A DNA stretch of 32,000 nt from Gemmata obscuriglobus (GTDB taxonomy: Bacteria; Planctomycetota; Planctomycetia; Gemmatales; Gemmataceae). Location: the NCBI RefSeq assembly GCF_008065095.1, contig NZ_CP042911.1, positions 4,290,001 to 4,322,000 on the forward strand, read 5' to 3'. The position numbers and the translations under genes are program-made. Each line of letters starts with the position of its first letter. Position 1 is the first letter of the stretch. This document shows, piece after piece, positions 7,119 through 16,677 of the stretch. Under the pieces are notes generated by a model. That model saw nothing but the letters and a program-made list of their open reading frames with translations, was not told where the DNA came from and made no database searches.

Positions 7119-8807
7119 ATGACCGCGTGGGCCTCAATCCGCCGGTTGCTTGCCGCCGGCACGCTCGCGTTCGCGGCCTTTGCGATCCCGCTCCCGGCCT
7201 CCGGCGCGCCGGAGCCGAGACCCGTCCGACCGTCGAAGCCCACCCCCACGCAGCTCCGCGAACTGGCCGAAAAGGCTGAAAAGACCGGTGACTGGGAAGC
7301 GGCCTTCAACAACTACTGTCTGCTCTTCGTCGCCGACCGCTCGGCCCTTGATGTACGGGAAAAGCTCAACACCGCGCTCCGGCACACGCAGCAACTCCGC
7401 CGGCACCGCGACCCGGCGTTTCAGCAGTTCGTCACTGGGATGCCGCTCGACGGCGGGCTGGACCTGCTCGCCGAGGTGTTCCAAAAGCTCCCCGGGATGT
7501 ACGCCGACCGCGATAAGGCGACCGCCCAGAACCTGTGGGCGCATGCGATCCGAGAACTCGACCGGGCGTTCGGTAGCCCGGCGTTCAAGCAGGCGTTCCT
7601 CGACAACCCGCGGTCCGACAAGGTCGACCAGTTCCGCGCGCAGCTCCGCGAGCACTGGGCACGCCGGCCGATCGCGGACCACAAGGAGGCCCGCTCCGGG
7701 ATGCGGCGCCTGATCGCGGTCGCCCAGGACCACTTCACGCTCAAAGCGCCCGCGGCCCTGGCCGTCGAGGCCGCCAGCGGTGCGTGCAGCGGGCTCGACG
7801 AGTACACGGTGTTCCTCACCCCCGCAACGGGAACGGAAGCGAACGCGGTGCCCGACTTGGCCGCGGCCGGGCTCTACCTCGGGGCGATCCATGACGCCGT
7901 GGTGATCGAAGGGGTGACCCCGAACTCGTGGTTCGCGCTGACGTACCCTCACGTGCGGCGCGGCGACCGGGTGGTGCGGGCGAACAACCGCACGATCGAC
8001 CCGGTGACGTTACCCGCCGTCGCAGGGGCGCTGCGGGCGCCGATCGAGGGGGCTCACCACCTCGACCTCCGCGGCGCGGAGGACGACGCCAAGATTCAGG
8101 TCCGAATTCCTGTTACAATCCCCTCGGTGTACGGCACCCGAATGCTGCCCGACAAGCCGGTCGGGTACACGCGGATCGGGCACTTCCAGGCGTCTACACC
8201 CCGGGACCTCGATGAGGCACTCAACGCCCTCAAGACCGCCGGCGCGCGGGCGGCCGTGATCGACCTGCGAGGCAACCACGGCGGGTCGTTCCTCGCGGCG
8301 GTCGAGACCGCCCGGCGGCTGCTGCCGACCGGCCTCATCGTGACCACGCAGGGGCAGGTGGGCGAGGTCGCGAACCGGGCCTTCTCGTCCGTGACCGGCA
8401 TGGCCGCACACGACGTTCCCATCGTGCTGCTCATCGACGCCGAAACCGCCTCGGCCGCGGAGGTGCTCGCGGCGGCCCTCAAGGACAACAACCGTGCGAC
8501 GCTCGTCGGGGTGCCGAGCTTCGGAAAGGGCAGCGTGCAGTACCCGCTGCGGCTGGTAACGCTCGACGACGTCGAGCCGGGATCGGGGAAGTCCGGAAAA
8601 GCGCCCAAAGCGGGCACGGTGCGCGTCACCATCGCCCGGCTGATCGCGCCCACCAGCGGCCCGATTACGGGCACGGGGGTCGGGCCGCACCTCGTGGAAG
8701 CGGACCCGGTTCTCCAGCTCGAACTCGCCGCCGAGAAGGCCGAAGAGCTGGGGCACATGCCACCGGGCACGCCACTGCCGAGTCCTGGGGCGCCGATGAG
8801 CCCGTGA
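7119..8807 (+). CDS. S41-family C-terminal processing peptidase with a signal peptide and a helical N-terminal domain
   Basis: Signal peptide MTAWASIRRLLAAGTLAFAAFAIPLPASGA. PDZ-like segment (GLYLGAIHDAVVIEGVTPNS...GDRVVRANN). S41 core motifs VIDLRGNHGGS, LIDAETASAAEVLAAAL and PSFGKGSVQ give the Ser/Lys dyad context. AAGGGAG lies 8 nt upstream of ATG 7119, so I prefer this start to 7095. Confidence 0.88.
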   Translation: MTAWASIRRLLAAGTLAFAAFAIPLPASGAPEPRPVRPSKPTPTQLRELAEKAEKTGDWEAAFNNYCLLFVADRSALDVREKLNTALRHTQQLRRHRDPAFQQFVTGMPLDGGLDLLAEVFQKLPGMYADRDKATAQNLWAHAIRELDRAFGSPAFKQAFLDNPRSDKVDQFRAQLREHWARRPIADHKEARSGMRRLIAVAQDHFTLKAPAALAVEAASGACSGLDEYTVFLTPATGTEANAVPDLAAAGLYLGAIHDAVVIEGVTPNSWFALTYPHVRRGDRVVRANNRTIDPVTLPAVAGALRAPIEGAHHLDLRGAEDDAKIQVRIPVTIPSVYGTRMLPDKPVGYTRIGHFQASTPRDLDEALNALKTAGARAAVIDLRGNHGGSFLAAVETARRLLPTGLIVTTQGQVGEVANRAFSSVTGMAAHDVPIVLLIDAETASAAEVLAAALKDNNRATLVGVPSFGKGSVQYPLRLVTLDDVEPGSGKSGKAPKAGTVRVTIARLIAPTSGPITGTGVGPHLVEADPVLQLELAAEKAEELGHMPPGTPLPSPGAPMSP

Positions 8808-8832
8808 CCGCCGGCGCCGTATCATAGCCTTT

Positions 8833-9708
8833 ATGACCGCTCCGCAAATGTCCCCGGCGGAACTCGAGTCCGCCGCCACACTCGTACACCTGGCGCTCGC
8901 CGAGGACCTCGGCCCCACGGGCGACCGCACCAGTCTGGCGACCGTCCCCGAATCCACCCGTGCAACGGCGGCGTTCGTCGCGCGGGGGCCGGGCGTTGTC
9001 GCCGGGCTCCCCGTCGCGGCGCTGGTGTGCCGCGATGTCAGCCCCGGGTTACAATTCACTCCACTCGTTCCCGACGGTACGGTCACAACGCGCGGCACAC
9101 GGGTCGCAACCGTCTCGGGGCCACTGCGAGCAGTGCTCGCGGCCGAGCGGACCGCCCTCAACTTCCTCCAGCGTCTGAGCGGGGTCGCCAGCCTCACGCG
9201 CAAATACCTCGACGCCGCGGCCGGGCATCGGGCGCAGGTGCTCGACACCCGTAAAACCACCCCGGGCTGGCGGCTGCTCGAAAAGTACGCCGTTCGTACC
9301 GGCGGCGGAACGAACCACCGCGTCGGTCTGTATGACGGCATTCTCATCAAGGACAACCACCTCGCGGGCCTCGGCGGCGACGTGCGTGCGGCGGTCGTGG
9401 CCGCCCGAGAGTACCCCGGAAACGCCGGCCTCCCGGTCGAGGTCGAGGTGGACACCTTGGAGCAGTTGGAACACGCCCTCGCGGTGAAAGCCGACATCGT
9501 GCTGCTCGACAACATGACCCTCGATCAGCTCCGGGCGGCCGTCGCACGCCGGGACGTGTCCAGTCCCACGACCCTGCTCGAGGCCTCCGGCGGGGTTAAC
9601 CTTGAGACCGTCCGCGACATTGCCGGCACGGGCGTCGATCGGATCAGTGTCGGCGCGCTGACGCACTCCGCCCCGGCACTCGACATCGGGCTGGATTACC
9701 TGTCGTGA
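8833..9708 (+). CDS. nadC: Nicotinate-nucleotide pyrophosphorylase (carboxylating)
   Basis: ERTALNFLQRLSGVASLT, VLDTRKTTPGWRLLEKYAVRTGGGTNHRVGLYDGILIKDNH, DIVLLDNM, EASGGVN and DRISVGALTHS are canonical NadC motifs. Confidence 0.93.
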   Translation: MTAPQMSPAELESAATLVHLALAEDLGPTGDRTSLATVPESTRATAAFVARGPGVVAGLPVAALVCRDVSPGLQFTPLVPDGTVTTRGTRVATVSGPLRAVLAAERTALNFLQRLSGVASLTRKYLDAAAGHRAQVLDTRKTTPGWRLLEKYAVRTGGGTNHRVGLYDGILIKDNHLAGLGGDVRAAVVAAREYPGNAGLPVEVEVDTLEQLEHALAVKADIVLLDNMTLDQLRAAVARRDVSSPTTLLEASGGVNLETVRDIAGTGVDRISVGALTHSAPALDIGLDYLS

Positions 9709-10499
9709 GCGCCCCTCTTCCCCGAGAAACGAGGAGCTTCGACACCGCCCACATCGGGCGGCGGGTGCTCGTTTACGACGCGGTCGAAAGCACCAACACG
9801 CTCGGCGCGGCCCTCGGCGCTGCGGACCCGGAGGCGAGCGGACTGGTCCTGATCGCCGACCACCAGCTCGCGGGCCGCGGCCAGTACGGGCGCACCTGGG
9901 TCAGCCGGCCCGGCAGCTCGCTGCTGATGTCGGTGGTGTTACGCCCCCCGCCCGCGATCCGCCGCCCGGTCGTTCTAACCGCCTGGGTCGCGGTCGCGGT
10001 CGCGGACGCGGTTTTCGCCCTATCCGGAGCGCAGGCCCGAATTAAGTGGCCGAATGACTTACTCATCGACGGGAAAAAAATCTGCGGCATCCTGATCGAG
10101 CAGACCAGCAGCGGGGACGGCACAATCGCCGTCGCCGGGCTCGGACTGAACCTCACCCAGACGGCGGCCGATTTCGCGCACGCCAACCTTCTGACCGCGA
10201 CCTCGCTGCACGCGGTGTCGGGAGGATCGTATGACCCACGCGGCGCGGCCGAAGTGGTCGTCGGCGCGCTGGACCGGGAGTACGCCCGTCTCTTGGCGGG
10301 CGAGCGGGCCGGGGTGGAAGCCGGGTGGAAGCGGCGGATCGGGCTGCTCGGCCGTGCGGTGCGGGTCGAACTCGTCGGAGGAGCGTGGACCACCGGGCGC
10401 CTCCTCGACGTGAGTTTCGACGGACTGGAACTCGAGGACGCCGCCGGGTTTGTGCGGGTGGTCCCCCCGGAGTCGGTGTCTCACCTCTGGCCGGTTTGA
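9705..10499 (+). CDS. birA: Biotin--[acetyl-CoA-carboxylase] ligase (no N-terminal HTH)
   Basis: ADHQLAGRGQYGRTWVSRPGSSLLMSVVL and KWPNDLLIDGKKICGILIE are BirA catalytic-core motifs. The GTG start overlaps the nadC stop (GTGA at 9705-9708). Confidence 0.88.
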   Translation: MSAPLPRETRSFDTAHIGRRVLVYDAVESTNTLGAALGAADPEASGLVLIADHQLAGRGQYGRTWVSRPGSSLLMSVVLRPPPAIRRPVVLTAWVAVAVADAVFALSGAQARIKWPNDLLIDGKKICGILIEQTSSGDGTIAVAGLGLNLTQTAADFAHANLLTATSLHAVSGGSYDPRGAAEVVVGALDREYARLLAGERAGVEAGWKRRIGLLGRAVRVELVGGAWTTGRLLDVSFDGLELEDAAGFVRVVPPESVSHLWPV

Positions 10500-10611
10500 A
10501 GCCAGGAATAAAGGCCCGGAACCGTGGTGCCGTGGAGCCCGTGCGATCGGTCCCGTGGGGTGGCTGTAAGAGTCGGGGCCGATCTCTGTATGCCTCGCAG
10601 ACCCGAACCGC

Positions 10612-10639
10612 TTGTCGGCCCGCGCGCGGAGAGTATACT
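10612..10639 (+). promoter_or_regulatory. Candidate sigma70-like promoter upstream of the PaaK-like gene
   Basis: TTGTCG (10612-10617), a 16-nt spacer, then TATACT (10634-10639), about 78 nt upstream of ATG 10717. Pattern match only. Confidence 0.2.
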
Positions 10640-10716
10640 GCCGAACGCACCGGCCCCGGCGGCCGGGCAGCAGCCAGGCGAGGCACACGCAACACGAACG
10701 CCGCTCCGGGCCGATC

Positions 10717-11997
10717 ATGCCGAGCATCCTCCTCAACACTCCCAGCGAACGGCTCCGGGGCGCGCAACTGGACGCGGTGCGGCACCTGCTCGCCCGCGTG
10801 CTCACGGGTAACGAGTTCTACCGCCGCAAGCTCGGTGCCCTTGCCCCCGCCTCGCTTCGCACGTTCGACGACTTCGTTCAACTGCCGTTCACGACGAAAG
10901 CCGAGCTGATCGCCGACCAACTTGAGCGCCCGCCCTACGGTACGAACCTCAGTTTCCCGCTCGACCGCTACACCCGCTTCCATCAGACGTCCGGCACCAC
11001 CAGCGGGCGCCCGTTGCACTGGCTCGACACCTCGGAAACCTGGGACTGGCTGACCGGGTGCTGGGCGACCAACTTTGCCCTCATCGGGCTGCGCCCCACC
11101 GACCGGCTGTTCTTCCCGTTCTCGTTCGGGCCGTTCCTGGGGTTCTGGACCGCGTTCGAGGCCGCGGCCCGGTGCGGGTTCCTGGTGATGCCCGGGGGCG
11201 GCCTCAGCAGCACCGCCCGGCTGCGGTTCTTGCTCGACCACCGCTGCACGGTCCTGTTCGCCACCCCGACCTACGCGCTGCATTTGGCGGAGATCGCGTC
11301 AAAGGAGGGAATCGATCTGGCGTCGAGCGCCGTTCGCGCCCTGGTGGTTGCGGGGGAACCGGGGGGCAACATTCCGGGCACCCGGCAGCGCCTCGAAGCG
11401 GTCTGGGGCGCCCGCGTGTTCGACCACTACGGGATGACCGAAATCGGGCCGGTGGCGGTAGAGGCTGAGGGCCGTCCGGGTGAGTTGTACCTGCTCGAAT
11501 CGGACTACTTGGCCGAGGTGGTGGACCCTCAAACCGGCCGCCCCGTGCCGGACGGCGACACCGGCGAGTTGGTCCTCACGAACCTGGGCCGGACCGGCAG
11601 CCCGCTGATCCGGTACCGCACCGGCGACCTGATCCGGATGGCGCCCGCCCCCGACCCCACGGGCCGCACCTGGCGGCGGCTGGAAGGTGGCGTGTTAGGC
11701 CGCGCGGATGATATGATCCACGTCCGCGGGAATAATGTCTACCCGGGCGCGCTGGAGAGCATCATCCGCCGGTTCGCGGATGTCGCCGAGTACCGCATCC
11801 ACGTGGACCGCCGGAACCCTCTGGCGGACCTGCGGCTGGAGATCGAGCCCGTAGCCGGGGACGGGCACGCGCTCGCCGAAGAGGTGGGCCGCGCGGTCCG
11901 CGACGCGCTGTGCTTCCGCATTGATGTGAGCGCCGCACCGCCCGGCTCGCTCCCCCGGTTCGAGATGAAGGCCCGCCGGGTCGTGTACCAGAAGTAG
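10717..11997 (+). CDS. Phenylacetate--CoA ligase (PaaK) family adenylate-forming enzyme
   Basis: QTSGTTSGRPL (P-loop), FDHYGMTEIG, TGELVLTNLGRTGSPLIRYRTGD and GRADDMIHVRGNNVYPGALESII (C-terminal domain) are all PaaK-family hallmarks. I chose the ATG at 10717 (MPSILLNTPSE...). The upstream 35 codons of the track ORF are R/P-rich. Confidence 0.85.
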   Translation: MPSILLNTPSERLRGAQLDAVRHLLARVLTGNEFYRRKLGALAPASLRTFDDFVQLPFTTKAELIADQLERPPYGTNLSFPLDRYTRFHQTSGTTSGRPLHWLDTSETWDWLTGCWATNFALIGLRPTDRLFFPFSFGPFLGFWTAFEAAARCGFLVMPGGGLSSTARLRFLLDHRCTVLFATPTYALHLAEIASKEGIDLASSAVRALVVAGEPGGNIPGTRQRLEAVWGARVFDHYGMTEIGPVAVEAEGRPGELYLLESDYLAEVVDPQTGRPVPDGDTGELVLTNLGRTGSPLIRYRTGDLIRMAPAPDPTGRTWRRLEGGVLGRADDMIHVRGNNVYPGALESIIRRFADVAEYRIHVDRRNPLADLRLEIEPVAGDGHALAEEVGRAVRDALCFRIDVSAAPPGSLPRFEMKARRVVYQK

Positions 11998-12060
11998 CCC
12001 GCCGGCGCCCGGTTCGCTGTACCTGCCCCGCCCCCACGAGCACGCATAACGGAGTGAACG

Positions 12061-14412
12061 ATGCTGCCACCCCTTTCGAGACTGTTCGGGCTCCTGGCGC
12101 TCCTGGCGCTGGCGAGTTCAGGCGCGGCGCGGGCCGCCGACTGGGTCCACTGGCGCGGCCCGGCGCAGAACGGCCACTCGCTCGAAAAGGGCCTGCCCGC
12201 CGACTTCGACCCCGCCCTCAAGGACAAGGGCAACGTCGTGTGGTCGGCGCCGTTCGGCGGGCGCTCCGCGCCGCTCGTGATGGGCGGCCGCGTGTACGTC
12301 GTTCAGGGGTTCGGTGAGGGCCTGAGCGAGTCCGAGCGGATCGTCTGTTTGGACGAAAAGAGCGGCAAAAAGCTCTGGGAACACGTCGAGCGCATTTACC
12401 ACTCGGACGTCGTCTCGAGCCGGCTCGGGTGGACTCCGCTCACCGCCGACCCGGCGACCGGGTACGTGTATGTGAACACCACCGCCGGCAACCTCGTGTG
12501 CCTCGACAAGGACGGCAAAGAGGTCTGGGAGCGGCAGCTCACCGAGGAATTCGGGCGGTTCACCGGCTACGGCGGCCGGGTCAGCGCGCCGACCTTCGAC
12601 AGCGGGCTGGTCATCATCGGCATCATCAACTCGAGCTGGGGCGACCTCGCCCGCGGCGCCAACCGGTACTACGCGTTTGACGCCAAGAACGGTAACGTGG
12701 TCTGGATCGCCGACACCGGCCCGCCCAAGTCCACCTACCAGTCCAACCCGGTGGTCGCCGTCATCGGCGGGCAGCGGTTGCTCATCACCGGCGGCGGCGA
12801 CGGGGCGCTGCACGCGTTTAAAGTGCGCACGGGCGAACTCGTCTGGAGCTATGTGTTCAGCGGCGGGGCCGTGAACCCCAGCCCGATCGTGGACGGCAAC
12901 TTGGTGTACTGCTCTCACGGCGAGGAGAACCCGGGCGGCGGGGTCATCGGCAAAGTGATCTGCGTGGACGCGAGCCAGATCGATCCCGCGACCAAGCGGC
13001 CGAAGTCGGTGTGGGAGTACAGCAAGGGCCAGCGGTTCGGGCTGTCATCGCCGGCACTGGCGGACGGCGTCCTGTACGTGCCCGAGGACAGCGGCGAGCT
13101 GTTCGCCTTCGACGCGAAAACCGGCAAGCTGCTCTGGAAGTACCGGTACGCCACGGAGGTCCGCGGCGCACCGCTGGTGGCCGACGGGAAGATCTACATT
13201 TTCGACGTGAAGGGCCGTCTCAACATCATCAAGCTCAACGGCAGGAAGGCGCCCGACGAGGACGAGACGTTCGTCTACATCTTCAAAGAGAGCATCAACG
13301 GTCGCCCGGTTCAGACGGAGACCAACGGCACCCCGATCGCCGTGAACGGCCGGGTGTACTTCACCTCGCGCACGGACCTGTTCTGCCTCGGCGAGACCGG
13401 CAGCAAGCCGGCCGCCGCGAAGTACCCGGCCCCGCCCGCCGAGGCGCCCTCGGACGGCAAAGTGGCCGGCGCCCGGCTGTACCCGGCCGAAATCACCCTC
13501 ACGCCCGGCGGGACCTACAAGTTCTCCGTGGTCTATTTCGACGCCAACGGGCGCGAGTTGAAGGCGGCCCCGGGCGCGCCGGTCGAGTGGGCGCTGCCGC
13601 TCCCGGACAAAACTCCGACCGGCGCTCAACCGCCGGCGCTCATCGGCAAAGTCGCCGGCAGCCCCACCGAGGGCGCCCTCGAATTAGGCCCCAACCCGGC
13701 CCAGCAGGGGATCGTAGCCTTCAAGGTCGGCGCCCTCACCGCCCGCGCCCGGGTGCGGGTCGCGCCCAAACTGCCGGCCCGCACCGACTTCGACAAGGCG
13801 CCGGACGGATCGTCGCCGGGCGGCTGGATCAACACCAACGCCAAGTTCGCGGTGAAGAAGTTGCCCGACGGCAACCAGGTGTTGAGCAAGGTGAACGACA
13901 AAGCGCCGCCGCCGCTGGCCAAAGCCATCGGTTACGTCACCGTCCCCACCGCGAGCGACTACACCATCCAAGCCGATCTGATGGGGAGCGAGGTGCGCGG
14001 CAAGCTGCCCGACGGCGGCATCGTGAACAGCCGGTACTCGCTGGTGCTCGACGGCAAGCCCGACGCGAAGCTCCAGAAGCGCACGCTCCGGCTCACCTCT
14101 TGGGAGGCCCGCGAGCGGATCAACATCGGGGTGCCGTTCGACTGGCAGCCGGGTACCTGGTACACCCTTAAGCTTGCCATCGAGTTGAAGCCCACGGCCG
14201 CCGTGCTCCGCGGCAAGGTGTGGAAGAAGGGGGAGCCCGAGCCGGAGAAGTGGACCATTGAGTTCGAGGACCCGCACCCGAACCGGGATGGCGCCGCCGG
14301 GCTGTACGGGTACATCCCCAACGTGCTCGACAGCGGCGGCAAAACCGAGCCGGGGTCGGAGCTGTACTTCGACAACCTCAGCATCACCCCGAACAACAAG
14401 GGCGGGAAGTGA
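12061..14412 (+). CDS. Secreted PQQ-like (BamB-type) beta-propeller repeat protein with a C-terminal ConA/LamG- or DUF1080-like domain
   Basis: Signal peptide MLPPLSRLFGLLALLALASSGAARA. It has the WVHWRGPAQNGHS entry motif, repeated 'G+VY../..G..+W' blades (GRVYVVQG, GKKLWEH, GYVYVNT, GKEVWER, GNVVWIA, GELVWSY, GNLVYCS, GVLYVPE, GKLLWKY, GKIYIFD, GRVYFTS) and a beta-rich C-terminus of about 220 aa ending ELYFDNLSITP. GGAG lies 7 nt upstream of the ATG. Confidence 0.85.
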   Translation: MLPPLSRLFGLLALLALASSGAARAADWVHWRGPAQNGHSLEKGLPADFDPALKDKGNVVWSAPFGGRSAPLVMGGRVYVVQGFGEGLSESERIVCLDEKSGKKLWEHVERIYHSDVVSSRLGWTPLTADPATGYVYVNTTAGNLVCLDKDGKEVWERQLTEEFGRFTGYGGRVSAPTFDSGLVIIGIINSSWGDLARGANRYYAFDAKNGNVVWIADTGPPKSTYQSNPVVAVIGGQRLLITGGGDGALHAFKVRTGELVWSYVFSGGAVNPSPIVDGNLVYCSHGEENPGGGVIGKVICVDASQIDPATKRPKSVWEYSKGQRFGLSSPALADGVLYVPEDSGELFAFDAKTGKLLWKYRYATEVRGAPLVADGKIYIFDVKGRLNIIKLNGRKAPDEDETFVYIFKESINGRPVQTETNGTPIAVNGRVYFTSRTDLFCLGETGSKPAAAKYPAPPAEAPSDGKVAGARLYPAEITLTPGGTYKFSVVYFDANGRELKAAPGAPVEWALPLPDKTPTGAQPPALIGKVAGSPTEGALELGPNPAQQGIVAFKVGALTARARVRVAPKLPARTDFDKAPDGSSPGGWINTNAKFAVKKLPDGNQVLSKVNDKAPPPLAKAIGYVTVPTASDYTIQADLMGSEVRGKLPDGGIVNSRYSLVLDGKPDAKLQKRTLRLTSWEARERINIGVPFDWQPGTWYTLKLAIELKPTAAVLRGKVWKKGEPEPEKWTIEFEDPHPNRDGAAGLYGYIPNVLDSGGKTEPGSELYFDNLSITPNNKGGK

Positions 14413-14423
14413 TCACTCGCCTT

Positions 14424-14453
14424 GTCGCGCTCCCCGCAGTACGGGAGCGCGAC
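14424..14453 (+). other. Intercistronic stem-loop (11-bp perfect stem, 8-nt loop) between the two propeller genes
   Basis: GTCGCGCTCCC (14424-14434) pairs with GGGAGCGCGAC (14443-14453). It begins 12 nt after the stop at 14410-14412 and has no U-tract. Confidence 0.45.
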
Positions 14454-14499
14454 GAGGGCACCGCCCGGTCCGTCGCCCCCAACACACGGAACGCCGATC

Positions 14500-16422
14500 A
14501 TGACCACAAACAGCCAAGTGAAACTGCTTCTTACGACATCCGTCTGCCTGATCGCCAGCGCGGCCGGGCTGGTGAGCATGACCAGCGCCATGTCCGTGCC
14601 GCAGCCCTCGGCCGCTCCGGCGCCGCTCACCCCGCCGCCCCTCCCGCCCGGCCCGACCGTGGCACTCGCGGCGGACGCCAACGGTGAGTTGAAGGTCACC
14701 GCCGTGCAGAACGGGCACCTGACCGGCCCGCCCAGCTTCGTCATCGCGGCCGACGCCCCGAAGGGCGACTCGGCCCCCCTGGCGGCCAACGGCGGGCCGA
14801 CCGACCACACCATGTTCGGCGGCACCCTCTCACGGAACATGGTGAACCTCAAAGAAAAGATCGCCAAGTTCCCGACGGAAACGCCCAAGTGGGACGAGGC
14901 GGAAGAGGTCAAGAAGTGGTCCGAGGAGTGGGTGCTGTGGAAGACCGATCTCGGGTCCCGCGCGTACGGCGGCCCGACCGTGGCCGGCGGCCGGGTGTTC
15001 GTCGGCACGAACAACGAACAGCCCCGCAACAAGCGCGACACGCTCAAGGACAAGGACGGCACCGTTCAGCCCGTGGACAAGGGCATCCTGATGTGCTTCG
15101 AGGAGAAGACCGGTAAGTTCCTCTGGCAGTCCGTTCACGACAAGCTGCCGAACGGGAACGTGACCGACTGGCCGAAGGAGGGGCTGTGCTCGACGCCCAC
15201 GGTCGAGGGCGACCGGGTGTACTACGTGAGCAACCGCTGCACCATCGTTTGCGCCGACGTGAACGGGTTCGCCAACGGGAACGACGGGGTCAAGACCGAA
15301 AAGTACACCGACGCGACCGACGTGGACATCGTCTGGGAGTACGACCTGATCAAAAACCAGGACGTGTTCCCGCACAACATGTCCGCCGGGTCCCCGCTGA
15401 TCGTGGGCGACCTGATCTACTCGGTCACCGCCAACGGCGTGGACGAGAGCCACATCAACCTGCCCAGCCCGCTGGCCCCCAGCTTCATCGCCATCAACAA
15501 GAAGGACGGCACGCTGGCCTGGAAGAGCAACGTCCCGGGCAAGAACATCATGCACGGGCAGTGGTCGAACCCGGTGTACGCGGTTCTCGACGGGGTGCCC
15601 ACCGTGGTGTTCCCCGGCGGCGACGGCTGGCTCTACGGGTTCACCCCGGACAAGGGCGAGGTGATCTGGAAGTTCGACTGCAACCCGAAGGGCACCGTGT
15701 ACGACCTGGGCGGCACCGGCAACCGCAACGACTTCATCGGCACCCCGGTCGTTTACGAGGGCCGCGTTTACATCGGCGTGGGCCAGGACCCGGAGCACTC
15801 CAGCGGGATCGCGAACTTCTACTGCCTGGAGCCGAAGAAGGGCAAGACCGGCGACATCTCGAAGCACCTCGAGGACCGTAAGAAGGGCGCGGACGGGAAG
15901 GACGAGGTCGGCGAGAAGCCGAACCCGAACTCGTGCGAGGTGTGGCGGTACGGCTGGGAAGAAAAGCGCAAGTGGTCCCCGCGCGACTTCAAGTTCGGGC
16001 GCACCATGTCCACGGCGTGCATCGTGGACGGGATCGTCTACATCAGCGAGCTGAACGGGTACATCCACTGCCTCGACGCCAAGACCGGCGAGTCGTACTG
16101 GCAGTACGACACGAAGGCCTCGATCTGGGGGTCGCCGTGCTACGTGGACGGCAAGGTGTTCCTCGCGGTCGAGTCGGGGGACCTGTACGTTTTCAAACAC
16201 ACTCCAACGCCCAAGAAGTTCGATGCGGTGGGAGCTGCCCAGAACGCCCCGAACATGAAAGAAGCGCGAGCCATTCAGAAGGCCGAAAAGGTCAAGACCG
16301 AGAAAGAATACCTGATCGCCAAGCTCGAGTTCCCCTCAGCGATCCGGTCCACGCCGGTCGTCGCGAACGGCGTCATGTACGTGATGACCGAGAACCAGTT
16401 GTTCGCACTCAAGACGAAGTGA
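14500..16422 (+). CDS. Secreted or anchored PQQ-like beta-propeller repeat protein
   Basis: The N-terminal hydrophobic segment LLLTTSVCLIASAAGLVSMTSAMS is followed by a P-rich linker and then propeller blades (GGRVFVGTN, GKFLWQS, GDRVYYVSN, DIVWEYD, GDLIYSVT, GTLAWKS, GWLYGF, GEVIWKF, GRVYIGVG, GIVYISE, GESYWQY, GKVFLAV, GVMYVMT). I chose the ATG at 14500 over the track start at 14422. Confidence 0.85.
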   Translation: MTTNSQVKLLLTTSVCLIASAAGLVSMTSAMSVPQPSAAPAPLTPPPLPPGPTVALAADANGELKVTAVQNGHLTGPPSFVIAADAPKGDSAPLAANGGPTDHTMFGGTLSRNMVNLKEKIAKFPTETPKWDEAEEVKKWSEEWVLWKTDLGSRAYGGPTVAGGRVFVGTNNEQPRNKRDTLKDKDGTVQPVDKGILMCFEEKTGKFLWQSVHDKLPNGNVTDWPKEGLCSTPTVEGDRVYYVSNRCTIVCADVNGFANGNDGVKTEKYTDATDVDIVWEYDLIKNQDVFPHNMSAGSPLIVGDLIYSVTANGVDESHINLPSPLAPSFIAINKKDGTLAWKSNVPGKNIMHGQWSNPVYAVLDGVPTVVFPGGDGWLYGFTPDKGEVIWKFDCNPKGTVYDLGGTGNRNDFIGTPVVYEGRVYIGVGQDPEHSSGIANFYCLEPKKGKTGDISKHLEDRKKGADGKDEVGEKPNPNSCEVWRYGWEEKRKWSPRDFKFGRTMSTACIVDGIVYISELNGYIHCLDAKTGESYWQYDTKASIWGSPCYVDGKVFLAVESGDLYVFKHTPTPKKFDAVGAAQNAPNMKEARAIQKAEKVKTEKEYLIAKLEFPSAIRSTPVVANGVMYVMTENQLFALKTK

Positions 16423-16610
16423 TTCCGGCGGGGCGCACTTAACCACGCCCGATGCCCCTCGGCCGACCGCAGACAGAAAAGACCGCTACGAACGGACCGA
16501 CGGAACGAGCCGACGACCGGTCCGCGCGTAACCGGCCGATCCCTGACGAGAGTTTTCCGAGTTCGACCGCGAAGCCGGTTTTCTCATGAGCGTTTTGTCG
16601 GTCGATTTCC

Positions 16611-16630
16611 CGGGGGGCTCATGCCCCCCG
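16611..16630 (+). other. GC-rich hairpin (8-bp stem CGGGGGGC/GCCCCCCG, loop TCAT) in the 255-bp gap before the next gene
   Basis: Read directly. A TTTT run follows after 6 nt. The position fits either a distal terminator of the propeller genes or a 5' leader structure of the 16678 gene. Confidence 0.3.
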
Positions 16631-16677
16631 CTCGCCTTTTGAACTCCTGAACCAACCTCGCTCGCACTGGAGCAACT

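Noticed and set aside
8010-9515. 501-aa - strand ORF across the peptidase/nadC region
   Set aside because: It is antisense to two genes with unambiguous family motifs. Its composition (R/S/A/P/T-rich) is non-protein-like.
10153-11283. 376-aa - strand ORF across birA and the PaaK-like gene
   Set aside because: It spans an intergenic region and two opposite-strand genes. It is extremely R/P/G/E-rich, so it is a shadow ORF.
13011-14171. 386-aa + strand alternative-frame ORF inside the first propeller gene
   Set aside because: It is an off-frame reading of a gene whose main frame shows regular propeller blades. The product is an R/G/P-rich string.
14830-16200. 456-aa - strand ORF opposite the second propeller gene
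   Set aside because: It has antisense-shadow composition (V/H/R/L/D/A-rich), no motifs, and no start context.
16543-16550. CUGACGAG (hammerhead-core-like) in the leader of the 16678 gene, followed by CGAA
   Set aside because: I could not draw stem II between the boxes, nor a cleavage-site or stem I/III arrangement. It is most likely a chance match.
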